Virus record (IMG/VR): IMGVR_UViG_3300011226_000001
Span: 160,001 to 224,000 of that record
Direction: 5' to 3' (one strand)
DNA from: a virus
Lineage: Duplodnaviria; Caudoviricetes
Length of the DNA: 64,000 bases
Both the position numbers and the translations under genes were made by a program. Below the pieces are notes generated by a model, which was not told the origin of the DNA, made no database searches, and worked only from the letters and a program-made list of their open reading frames with translations. This document shows, one piece after another, positions 19,203 to 27,897 of the stretch (positions are counted from its first letter, which is position 1; the number at the start of each line of letters is the position of its first letter).

Positions 19203-19684
19203 TGAATCTTCATGAAGTAGAACCTAAACCGCAGAGTGGCTTCGAAACTATACTGCGTCGTGCCCTCAAGGAGGAGGGCATTATCCTCGTTAACCAATCT
19301 GCTCTTGGTGCTGCTACAGCAACACTTGACGTGACAGTTAACGTTTCTATCGAGGGTGCAGCCACCAGCCTGATTGATGCTACTTACGAGAAGCTGAAAG
19401 TTGTTGGGCTGAAAGATGTGCTCAAAACTTTTGGTAACTGCTTGATGCTCGTGTCTTGCGATAAAGTTGAAGTTATCGAAGCACCGTTCGGTTGCCCGCC
19501 TTCGTACATATTCAAAGACTGCGTGTTCTGTGTTGGTCAGCGCCCAGAGGCAGACATGCAGACAACCTATCTGGCTATGCAGGGTATCTATTCCGACCTG
19601 CCGCCGTACAGCAAACTCACCTCTGACCAGAAGAAGATGATTAGCAATCACATTGCTATGCTGGCAGACTACCTGAGGAAATAA
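19202..19684 (+). CDS. Hypothetical protein
   Basis: 160-aa ORF, translationally coupled. Confidence 0.7.
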   Translation: MNLHEVEPKPQSGFETILRRALKEEGIILVNQSALGAATATLDVTVNVSIEGAATSLIDATYEKLKVVGLKDVLKTFGNCLMLVSCDKVEVIEAPFGCPPSYIFKDCVFCVGQRPEADMQTTYLAMQGIYSDLPPYSKLTSDQKKMISNHIAMLADYLRK

Positions 19685-19686
19685 TC

Positions 19687-20175
19687 ATGTTTGATCCTGT
19701 TCAGACAGTTGTTGTTAATACTCTCCGTGCTAACGCGAAAATCATCATGGACGGTCAGTATGACGTAAATGGCGGTGAGACCTTCCGTGTTTCGTTCGTT
19801 ATTAAGGCACCAGCTCCAGGCAATCAAGCAGACATTGATCTGTCTGCTGTGTTTGAGTCCTTCCCTGATGGATTTGCTGTTCAGCGTATCGCAGATCTCA
19901 GTCACACTATGGTGCGTCTGCCTGTAAGCATTGGCGGCCACAAAGAAGAATGCCGGGGTACATTCCTGTTGACTGTTACCAAAGCAAACTGGCAGCAAGG
20001 TGATAACGGTGTTAGCGGCAAGGAAGGTCGTTACGTCGAAGACGACAACGTGGTTGAAGATGAAAACGATCTCGGCCTTTCTGATATCATTGACCGCTAC
20101 AACAGGCTGCCTGAACTCAAAAAGAAACAGTTCACGGCTGCTGCGCGTTTGTTGCTTAAGGGTCTCGCTCTGTAA
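19687..20175 (+). CDS. Hypothetical protein
   Basis: 162-aa ORF with GAGGA RBS. Confidence 0.7.
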   Translation: MFDPVQTVVVNTLRANAKIIMDGQYDVNGGETFRVSFVIKAPAPGNQADIDLSAVFESFPDGFAVQRIADLSHTMVRLPVSIGGHKEECRGTFLLTVTKANWQQGDNGVSGKEGRYVEDDNVVEDENDLGLSDIIDRYNRLPELKKKQFTAAARLLLKGLAL

Positions 20176-20214
20176 TTTATAGACTGTCTCTTTGTCAGAC
20201 TATAAGGAGTTTAA

Positions 20215-20538
20215 ATGAAAGAGCGTTTACCGCACACTCTCGACATGGACATGTTGAGAAGTGAAGCATCCCGTCTGTCGATGAACGTTAAGCAATGGCA
20301 CCCAGGCGACGAAGAACCTACGAGTGAGGTACTGACCCTCACTCTGGACTTCTCCAACTTCGTGCATAGTGTGTCTGTCATGTCCAACCTGTTAATGGTG
20401 ATGCGTGATAAACTCGAATGCACGAACGTCTGGCTTGTGTCTCATGCGTGTGTACCGCACCCTGAGCATAAAGACCATACGCGCATTAACGTGACAGTCT
20501 TCCCACGCAACATTAAGGAATCATGCAATGCGTCTTGA
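20215..20538 (+). CDS. Hypothetical protein
   Basis: 107-aa ORF with AAGGAG RBS. Confidence 0.7.
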   Translation: MKERLPHTLDMDMLRSEASRLSMNVKQWHPGDEEPTSEVLTLTLDFSNFVHSVSVMSNLLMVMRDKLECTNVWLVSHACVPHPEHKDHTRINVTVFPRNIKESCNAS

Positions 20539-20899
20539 TCAACTGCAACGCTACATGAAAGAGCACGGCATTCCACATGCTGTTGCTCTGCACATGGGAC
20601 TCAAGCACCTCGACTGGATTTCCAAAGACACCGACATGCAAGCCGAACACTGGCAAAAGCATACGCTGTCGTGGGAAGTTCCTGAAGGTCCGTTTGATCT
20701 CGATAGCTGGGCAATCAGTATTGCTGATGCCCTCAAGCTCGAAGAAGCGTTTACTATCTACGAGCCAACACTGGCACCGGAAGCTAAAGGACTTATCCTG
20801 TTCTACGGCTTCCGTTTCCACGAAGATAAGACTGTGGCATCTGGCTGGCGTATCGTGTTCCAATACACTTACGTCGATCCAGAAATGCCGTTGATGTAA
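20528..20899 (+). CDS. Hypothetical protein
   Basis: 123-aa ORF with AAGGA RBS. Confidence 0.7.
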   Translation: MRLDQLQRYMKEHGIPHAVALHMGLKHLDWISKDTDMQAEHWQKHTLSWEVPEGPFDLDSWAISIADALKLEEAFTIYEPTLAPEAKGLILFYGFRFHEDKTVASGWRIVFQYTYVDPEMPLM

Positions 20900-20915
20900 T
20901 AACAAGGAGAGCACC

Positions 20916-21275
20916 ATGGAATTTAGAACCGAGTATGATCTCACGCTGTCTACGTATGCCGGACAACTGTTGGTGAAAGCGCTTGTTGCTTATCATGAAA
21001 AGATGTGCGAGCCTACTCTTAACCCCAGCAAAATTCCTACTGTGTTTGAAGTTCCTGGTGTTCTTCGTATTGACAATCTGGTTAATATCGAAAGCCATAC
21101 ATACTCGTCTGTGGCTAATCCTGCATATAGCCCTTTCAGTGGTCCTAAACGTGAAGATCATTTCCTGAGTCACGCATTCAGATATGACCCACGTGATCGC
21201 GCTCGTAGCGAAAAGACGTGCCTGAATGTCAAATTCGTCGTGTGGCAACGCGCTCCAGAATCTGTAAATACCTGA
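20916..21275 (+). CDS. Hypothetical protein
   Basis: 119-aa ORF with AAGGAG RBS. Confidence 0.7.
   Translation: MEFRTEYDLTLSTYAGQLLVKALVAYHEKMCEPTLNPSKIPTVFEVPGVLRIDNLVNIESHTYSSVANPAYSPFSGPKREDHFLSHAFRYDPRDRARSEKTCLNVKFVVWQRAPESVNT
21262..21270 (+). promoter_or_regulatory. Candidate promoter CTGTAAATA
   Basis: Ends 25 nt before the 21296 start. Confidence 0.45.
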
Positions 21276-21295
21276 CATGAACAACGGAGGGTATT

Positions 21296-21916
21296 GTGTT
21301 AACATTCGATTTTGAACCTGCTGTGGCAAAGCAAATGCAAACGCTGGGTGTAGACCCCCAGCTTCTGTTTGGCAAGCGCGAGAACTTTGATGTGGTAGAG
21401 GCAGCGCAAGACTACAAACCTCTGTCGCCATACTTCAAGGGTCGTGTTGTATCGAAGACCAAACAGCTTACTCACCTTGCGAAGATGATTCAGAATCCGT
21501 TTGAGTCTGATCCTCGTATCACGGTGATTAGCAGTTTCCCGAATGACTACCGAGCGAAAATGGCAGCGTTGAATATCTTCAATGCCGCAGTAGAAGACAG
21601 CGCAGAAACAGCGCTCAAGCCTCGCTGGGTAACGCTGTATGGTGATCGCTTCGACTATGAACAACTCAAAAGCAAGCGACCGTCATTGTTAGTGTTGACC
21701 AACGTAACTATGGACAGCACAAGCTATAAGATTGAACGACTGCGTGATATCCTTGAGATGTTCCCGAAGATACCTCGCATCGTAGTGACAGGCGGCGGGC
21801 CCGACCCGCTTGAACTTTTTACGAAACGTATTCACCTGCAAGCGCACACCGGTATTTCAATCGGTCCTGCGCATGTAGTTTCCAATGTTCTCGAACTGAT
21901 GACTTCTTCTCTTTAA
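21296..21916 (+). CDS. Hypothetical protein, possibly a degenerate P-loop (DnaC/IstB-like) fold
   Basis: GGAGG RBS; PSLLVLTNV...LRDILE...PRIVVT resembles a Walker B/sensor region, but there is no Walker A. Confidence 0.5.
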   Translation: MLTFDFEPAVAKQMQTLGVDPQLLFGKRENFDVVEAAQDYKPLSPYFKGRVVSKTKQLTHLAKMIQNPFESDPRITVISSFPNDYRAKMAALNIFNAAVEDSAETALKPRWVTLYGDRFDYEQLKSKRPSLLVLTNVTMDSTSYKIERLRDILEMFPKIPRIVVTGGGPDPLELFTKRIHLQAHTGISIGPAHVVSNVLELMTSSL

Positions 21917-21925
21917 GGAAAAATA

Positions 21926-22120
21926 ATGTTACTGAATGAACTGAATGCGCTGCTGGCTAAACACCGTGACGAACTTAAACTGCCTAGCTTCCGCGCTGAG
22001 GTGTCTTCGTCTGGTAATAACCTGCAATGGTTGCACAAGAACTTGAAGCGCAATCCTCAGTGCCCACAGCGCATTGCAGAACTGGTAGCTAAACCAATCT
22101 CGGAGCTGACGCGCCCATGA
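21926..22120 (+). CDS. Small hypothetical protein
   Basis: 64-aa ORF with AAGGA RBS. Confidence 0.65.
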   Translation: MLLNELNALLAKHRDELKLPSFRAEVSSSGNNLQWLHKNLKRNPQCPQRIAELVAKPISELTRP

Positions 22121-22989
22121 CAAATACTCAGTTGATGGTTATCCCTCAACACCCCGCGCTGTTAGGTACTGCTGTTAGTCTCGCCGATGAACTGGAGTTT
22201 CAAACTCTTGAGTCTGAGGGCGGTGAGACACTTGAGGAAATCCTCGAAGAAGTATCAGCCCTCGAACTGCGCTACAGTGCAGACTGCGAACGTGTGACAA
22301 AGATTATTGATAAGCTGAATGCCAAAAACAAACCTCTTATCATGGAAGTCGAGCGTCTTAATGCGGAACTGCAAGCGCTGCTGATTAATATGGCCGAGTC
22401 TGATGACCTCGAAGACCAAGCCAATGCAGAAGACTTGAAAAAGATTCTGGAAGACAACTTCGATCAGGAAGACACTGACCACGAAACGCGTGACAACGAA
22501 TCCGATGCCGATACACAGGCAGAACACGAACGCTGGTCACGTTCGGAACTTATTCGTAAGTGTAAGGCTGTCTACAAAGCAATCGCGCGTATGACGCATC
22601 CAGACCGGTGCCGCCATATGTCGAAACAGGAACAACAGCGCCGTCAAGAATTGTTCCTGAAGGCTAAAGATGCCGTATCTCGTTTGGATTATGAAGGATT
22701 GGATGCAATTCATATTGAACTTGCTTCGAAATCTCATGATCCACTTAATTTAGTGCAACGTCTGTTACGTGCGCGTGAACGTCGTCAGATTCTCTATCAC
22801 AAGATTGAGGCACTCCGACAGTCCGATGAATGGAAGCTGTTTTCTATCGCATTCCATCACGGTGAAGGAGTTGCTGACGCGCAGTATCGCTACAATCTCG
22901 AACAGACACTGGAGGGCCTGCGTCACATGATTGCCCACGCGAAAGGTCAATCAGCGACCGACTCAAATTCTAATAACCACTGGGTTTAG
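22117..22989 (+). CDS. J-domain (DnaJ-like) protein with coiled-coil N-terminus
   Basis: CKAVYKAIARMTHPDRC...RRQELFLKAKDA: helix II-HPD-helix III pattern. Confidence 0.7.
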   Translation: MTNTQLMVIPQHPALLGTAVSLADELEFQTLESEGGETLEEILEEVSALELRYSADCERVTKIIDKLNAKNKPLIMEVERLNAELQALLINMAESDDLEDQANAEDLKKILEDNFDQEDTDHETRDNESDADTQAEHERWSRSELIRKCKAVYKAIARMTHPDRCRHMSKQEQQRRQELFLKAKDAVSRLDYEGLDAIHIELASKSHDPLNLVQRLLRARERRQILYHKIEALRQSDEWKLFSIAFHHGEGVADAQYRYNLEQTLEGLRHMIAHAKGQSATDSNSNNHWV

Positions 22990-22991
22990 TC

Positions 22992-24077
22992 ATGACTACA
23001 CTTGTTGTTTATCATCAAGGATGTGCTGATGGTAGTTTTGCCGCTGCTATTACAGCACTTGCGTATCCCAATGATACGCTCCACTTCTTCCCTGCTGTCT
23101 ACGCACAAGACCAAGGGGATATAGTTACTGCTGACGGAGTTCTCATGGAGGATATTCCTGGACTCGAAGGCGGTAAAGATGCGCTGTATAAACGCGTTAT
23201 TGTAGTTGACTTCTCTTTCACTGAAAAGCAGATGGCTATCTTCACGCATCGCTATGGCGGTAACTTCAAGGTGCTCGACCACCATGATTGCCGCAGCCAC
23301 GAGAAGTATGCCGAAGAGTGCGCGGCCATCGAAGCCTACGACGATAAAGGTGTGCGTAAGCAAGTAAGTCCTTTGCAACTTACTTTCGCTGCTGGTGGCA
23401 GTGGTGCGCTGCTTGCGTACATGGCTCATGTATCTGAGTTCCAACAGCACCAGTACGCTTGCACTGATAACCTCATTCGTTGTGCGCAACTGGTATCAGA
23501 CCGTGACCTGTGGATTCGCACAAACAAACGTGCGTTCGCGTTCTACGAAGGTTATTCGAAAGACGTGTTCTCGGAAGTAGAGAAGTGTGGTCATATCTAC
23601 ACTGAAATGCCGCCGACCGTTCGTAAAGCCTACAAGATTATCCTTGCTGGCAATATCGAACAAATCATCGAACAAGGTTTCAAGAATATCGAAATCCGTG
23701 ACGAAAAGATTCGTCAGATGATTGAGGAGAACAGCTTCTTCTCAGAGCCTAACTCGTTGATTGATGTGAAACACGCTGTGGTGCCTTGTGACAAAGGCAT
23801 CGCATCTGAAACAGGTACCTACGTCTACGAAAACTATGCACACTTCCAGACAGTGCTGCTGGTACGTAAAGGTCATCGTGACCCAGACCGTGTTTACGTT
23901 AGCTGTCGCTCTCAGGGATATCCTGAAGGTCATAAGGGTAGCGCTCGTTATATTGCGCGTACTCGTGGTGGCGATGGCCATGTCAGTGCTGCCGGTTTCA
24001 ATATGCCGCTTACGGAGTTTAATGAACTCTATCCTGGCCTGAAACTCGACTTCGATTCAGTAGGTTGTGATTGTTAA
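22992..24077 (+). CDS. DHH/DHHA1-family phosphoesterase
   Basis: VVYHQGCADG; VVDFS; LDHH; SGALLAY; SDRDLW; GGDGHVSAAGF. Confidence 0.85.
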   Translation: MTTLVVYHQGCADGSFAAAITALAYPNDTLHFFPAVYAQDQGDIVTADGVLMEDIPGLEGGKDALYKRVIVVDFSFTEKQMAIFTHRYGGNFKVLDHHDCRSHEKYAEECAAIEAYDDKGVRKQVSPLQLTFAAGGSGALLAYMAHVSEFQQHQYACTDNLIRCAQLVSDRDLWIRTNKRAFAFYEGYSKDVFSEVEKCGHIYTEMPPTVRKAYKIILAGNIEQIIEQGFKNIEIRDEKIRQMIEENSFFSEPNSLIDVKHAVVPCDKGIASETGTYVYENYAHFQTVLLVRKGHRDPDRVYVSCRSQGYPEGHKGSARYIARTRGGDGHVSAAGFNMPLTEFNELYPGLKLDFDSVGCDC

Positions 24078-24080
24078 AAC

Positions 24081-24107
24081 AAAGGGGTGGCTTCGGCTGC
24101 CCCTTTT
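24081..24107 (+). terminator. Rho-independent terminator
   Basis: AAAGGGGTGGC-TTCG-GCTGCCCCTTTT. Confidence 0.85.
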
Positions 24108-24129
24108 GCATTTCTTGTCGCTTATACGA

Positions 24130-24137
24130 TAATTTCA
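24130..24137 (+). promoter_or_regulatory. Candidate late promoter TAATTTCA
   Basis: Between a terminator and sheath gene 1; the same motif precedes 39340, 48486 and 54039. Confidence 0.5.
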
Positions 24138-24161
24138 GACAGTCATATAAGGAGACAAATC

Positions 24162-25838
24162 ATGCCCGTTAACTCAACGCATTCCTCTGCTGGTGTTTAT
24201 ACTGGTGTACGGGATCTCTCCGTTGGTGCAACGTCTTTATCTACGGCAGTAGTAGGCATTGTTGGTCAGGCTCGTCGCGGTCCTGTAAACCAGCGTGTTG
24301 ATGTGCGTAATAAAGATGATTTGAAAAACATCTTCGGTGCAAAAGATCCTAAGTATGGCCTCGGCCTGTATCTCGCGCTGCCTGTTGCGAAACAGACTAA
24401 CCAGCTCAAGTTCGTCCGTATCACTAAGAACGCAAAATACGCGGTCGGTGTGGTTACTGTTGATGACGCGACTGCTGTTCAGCCTGTAGTGCGTATTACC
24501 CCTTACACTGATGAAGATGGTAACATCGTCGGTGTTGATTCTCCTGATCAGCTGGGATTCCTGCCTACTGATCCGTTGAACGATAACATCATCGGTTACG
24601 TTATTCTGGAAAACCCAGGCGACTGGAACAACCAGATGGCGTTGCAGATTCGTCCGGCCTGTCCTAAGGGTCTTGACCCATTCGACGACCGTAAGTCATA
24701 TAACACGAAACTGTTTTATATCGACGAGTACGAGAACTATCAGAACGGCAGCAGCCCGGTAAACTCTTACCAGTGCAGCCTGTACGATTATGCGGATGAG
24801 TTCGACCGCCAATATCGTATTGACTATGCGATGGAGAACGAAAGCTCAAACTTCCGCTTCATTCGCAACCCGTACTTCACTACCGATATCGACTTCTTCA
24901 CCACTGACTTCATCTTCTTCCAAGGTGGTGCTGATGGTGACACCTGTACTTCTGATGACTTTGCGAAAGCATATCAGGAATACTTCGGTGACCCAGAAGA
25001 AGTTCGCGTGACGCTGCTGATTAGTCCTACTCAGGATTACATCATCCACCGTGGCATGAAAGCCGCTGCTGCTGCGCACGTTAACTGTTTCGTTATCTGT
25101 GGTGTCCCGTCGTCTGAACAGTCTGTGTCTAAAGCGATTCGCTATCGCCGTCAGACGCTGAACGTTAACGACACCAACATGGCTCTGTATACGCCTGATA
25201 TCAAGATCTTCGACGAAGACACTGGCCGCTATCTGTGGACTGCGTGTGTAGGTCAGATCTGTGCTGTGTTCGCGTACACGGATAACAACCGTGGTAGCTG
25301 GTTCGCACCTGCTGGTATCACCGCTTCTGCGCCTCTCGACTTCTTGGAAATTGCTCAGAAGTACGATCAGGACGACCGTGATGCGATGACGCGTGAACAA
25401 GTGAACTACATTCGCAAACTGCCTAGCATCATGGGTGGTGGTTACGCTGTGTGGGAAGCGAGCACCCAGTACAATCAGAACTCTGCTTTCCAGCAGATTC
25501 AGATTCAGCGTATGGTGGGCTACGTGCTTGAAGTCTGTCAGCGCACCTGCCGAGTTGGCCTGTTTGACCCGAACGATAGCATCCTGCGTGGCTATCTGAA
25601 AGGCATCGTCGAGAAGTTCCTCGAAGAAATCAAACTGGCGCGTGGTCTGCGTAGCGGTAGCTCCGGCTCTCAGGGTTATCAGGTTGTTTGTGACGAGAAC
25701 AACAACACCAACCAGACAATCGCTAATGGCGATCTGATTCTGGATATCGTGTTGGACCCGACGCGTACTACGAAGCGTCTGATCTATCGTTTCAACATCA
25801 ACCCGACAGGCAGTACCTCCACAACTCTGAGTCAGTAA
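24162..25838 (+). CDS. Tail sheath protein 1 (558 aa)
   Basis: ATG after AAGGAG; HSSAGVY, GIVGQARRGPVN, WFAPAG, FDPND, VVCDENNN, GDLILDI. Confidence 0.9.
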   Translation: MPVNSTHSSAGVYTGVRDLSVGATSLSTAVVGIVGQARRGPVNQRVDVRNKDDLKNIFGAKDPKYGLGLYLALPVAKQTNQLKFVRITKNAKYAVGVVTVDDATAVQPVVRITPYTDEDGNIVGVDSPDQLGFLPTDPLNDNIIGYVILENPGDWNNQMALQIRPACPKGLDPFDDRKSYNTKLFYIDEYENYQNGSSPVNSYQCSLYDYADEFDRQYRIDYAMENESSNFRFIRNPYFTTDIDFFTTDFIFFQGGADGDTCTSDDFAKAYQEYFGDPEEVRVTLLISPTQDYIIHRGMKAAAAAHVNCFVICGVPSSEQSVSKAIRYRRQTLNVNDTNMALYTPDIKIFDEDTGRYLWTACVGQICAVFAYTDNNRGSWFAPAGITASAPLDFLEIAQKYDQDDRDAMTREQVNYIRKLPSIMGGGYAVWEASTQYNQNSAFQQIQIQRMVGYVLEVCQRTCRVGLFDPNDSILRGYLKGIVEKFLEEIKLARGLRSGSSGSQGYQVVCDENNNTNQTIANGDLILDIVLDPTRTTKRLIYRFNINPTGSTSTTLSQ

Positions 25839-25843
25839 TCAAT

Positions 25844-25870
25844 GGGGAGGGCTTCGGTCCTCCTCTTTTT
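25844..25870 (+). terminator. Rho-independent terminator
   Basis: GGGGAGGGC-TTCG-GTCCTCCTC followed by TTTTT. Confidence 0.75.
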
Positions 25871-25885
25871 GTATTGTGAGGTTCT

Positions 25886-26581
25886 ATGCTTACTTTGACC
25901 ATTCAAGGTAACTTGGAATACTGCTTCTCGCTGCGTAATAAACAACTGCGCTTCTTAGTCGCAATGGACAATCCGCCTCTGCGCGGTACGCTTCAGATTG
26001 AGAATGCAGCGGGTGCGGTGCTCAAGACACTTGATATGCCGACTACTGGTACCAGCGCGTACTTCGACTTCACTCTGCCTTTCGATACAGGCGAGCATGA
26101 CATTGTTGCTAAGGCATATAACGTCAGCACAACGCTTAACGCAACGTCGAACAAGGTACGTGTGTCTGTGCCATTCAGCGGTGAGTACGGTCCTCGTTTC
26201 GGCGTACATGATAAAGTGTTGTCGATTCAAGACTACAACGACACCTTCTTCCGTTCTCTGACTACTGCTCTAGGTGAGTCGAGTCCTCAGCTAATCACTT
26301 GTCCTCCAAACGAATCTACTTCTGACAACAACCGCTTCTTCTACGTAGCGTGGCCTAAGCGTTTGCTCTATGGATATTTCCAAGAGACAGTGCAAGGCTT
26401 CTCCGGTTCGTGGGATGGCGCTATGGAGTTTAACGACTTCAATTTCCAGGGTGCAGCAGAAGTTAGTCTAGGTGGCTTTGATTATGTTGTCTATCGCAAT
26501 GACTTCCCGTTCGATAGTCTCGACTACGTGTTCCGTATTAAATACGGCTCGACCAGTCCTAAGTCAGGCGACCCTGTATAA
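25886..26581 (+). CDS. Virion protein whose C-terminal domain is paralogous to the tip of the Ig-repeat fibre
   Basis: FFYVAWPK...GYF.E.VQGF.GSWDGA.EF.DFNF.G.AEV...YRNDFPFD shared with the C-terminus of 27894..31904. Confidence 0.75.
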   Translation: MLTLTIQGNLEYCFSLRNKQLRFLVAMDNPPLRGTLQIENAAGAVLKTLDMPTTGTSAYFDFTLPFDTGEHDIVAKAYNVSTTLNATSNKVRVSVPFSGEYGPRFGVHDKVLSIQDYNDTFFRSLTTALGESSPQLITCPPNESTSDNNRFFYVAWPKRLLYGYFQETVQGFSGSWDGAMEFNDFNFQGAAEVSLGGFDYVVYRNDFPFDSLDYVFRIKYGSTSPKSGDPV

Positions 26582-26615
26582 TTTTAATCACCGCTTCTGG
26601 TAAACGGAGAACACA

Positions 26616-27254
26616 ATGGAACTGAAACTTGAACAGTTCATCAGTAACGTTGAGTTGCTTACGAATATCCACCAGCAGAACAAAAACCCAATCATGTTCC
26701 GTCTCCCCAAAGATGGTTCGCAGTTAGGTCTGTTGTTCTACTGCTCGTATGCAGTTCCGCGTTTTGTAGTCCTTCCGGTCAATGCGATCTGGATTGACTA
26801 TGACCCTGAGTCGCCTACTTTCCGCACAGCGTTCAAGCGCACGACGAAAGATCAGGCTGACCCGTACAAAGACGTTTGGACTGCGCTGTACTTCTATGAC
26901 GATGCTATGGAAGAACAAGCGTATGACCCGAACGATCTGCAAATCATCAACCGTGCGCTGCCTCCTCTGGCAACTGCAATCACTCGCGGTATAGGTTATC
27001 TGTCTTATCCAGAAGCTGAGTCACGCGCTGTGATGGAAGGCGATGAAACGCTGACGAACAACCGTGATCCAAAAGACCACACTCACGCTGAGAAGCCTGC
27101 TACTATGATCTCTATCAACGGTAGCTTCGGTGAAGAACATGTGCCTATCAAAGACCAGCTGGTTCCTGCTGTGAATCAGGTAATGGTGCTTGAAGATAAT
27201 ACGCTTCAATGGCGTAAGGTGCGTGAATCTGAACTCGGCCAACCTGCTGATTAA
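26616..27254 (+). CDS. Fibre-associated virion protein (paralog family with 27265 and the N-terminus of 27894)
   Basis: VVLPVNAIWID, ATAITRGI, RDPKDHTH. Confidence 0.7.
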   Translation: MELKLEQFISNVELLTNIHQQNKNPIMFRLPKDGSQLGLLFYCSYAVPRFVVLPVNAIWIDYDPESPTFRTAFKRTTKDQADPYKDVWTALYFYDDAMEEQAYDPNDLQIINRALPPLATAITRGIGYLSYPEAESRAVMEGDETLTNNRDPKDHTHAEKPATMISINGSFGEEHVPIKDQLVPAVNQVMVLEDNTLQWRKVRESELGQPAD

Positions 27255-27264
27255 CGGAGCGGTT

Positions 27265-27897
27265 ATGACTACACTGAATGAAATCGCTGCTGCTCTGTTG
27301 GCTGTTACGGGATTCATGGACGACACGTCGAAAGACCAAATCGTTCGTCAGATTAACCCGACACTCAACATCAGTTGTACGTTCATCACTGCATCAGCAG
27401 AACCTGTTGGTGTTGTATTACCGATGAACGTCGTGTGGCTTTGCATGGAAGTGAACAGCGTGTTCTATCGCAAGTTCCTTGCACGTAAGTCTAAAACTCC
27501 TGCTGGTGGTTATCAGAATACGTGGGAAGAAGTGAAGAACTTCAACTCGCTCTGGGCGCCTCAGTATTACGATCCGTCTGATATCAGTGGTGGTGACGAT
27601 ATTCCTAACGCGTCTGTTGACACGTATGGTATCGCGCGCCTGACTACTGAGCCTGCTACTGTCGGTCGTCCTACGTTCGTGTCTGTATCTGACCCACGTA
27701 ACACTGACAAGCGTACACCGCTGCCTCACGATGAAATGCACGCCGAGAAGCCTTTGGTCGAAGTGAAGACTGTGCAGGACAAAGTGAATATGGACGCAGA
27801 CGTAGGCGACAATGGTTCTACCTTCATTGCCGACACGTCAGTGAAAGCGTCTTACGGCCATCTGATTGCGACCGACATTCTGGAGAATAATGAATGA
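27265..27897 (+). CDS. Fibre-associated virion protein (paralog)
   Basis: ATG after GGAG; VVLPMNVVWL, ASVDTYGIARL, DKRTPLPH. Confidence 0.7.
   Translation: MTTLNEIAAALLAVTGFMDDTSKDQIVRQINPTLNISCTFITASAEPVGVVLPMNVVWLCMEVNSVFYRKFLARKSKTPAGGYQNTWEEVKNFNSLWAPQYYDPSDISGGDDIPNASVDTYGIARLTTEPATVGRPTFVSVSDPRNTDKRTPLPHDEMHAEKPLVEVKTVQDKVNMDADVGDNGSTFIADTSVKASYGHLIATDILENNE

Noticed and set aside
24087-24161. Upstream extension of sheath 1 in the ORF track (similarly 52880, 2486, 27190, 39313)
   Set aside because: These extensions run through terminators, upstream genes or promoter-like sequence; downstream starts fit better
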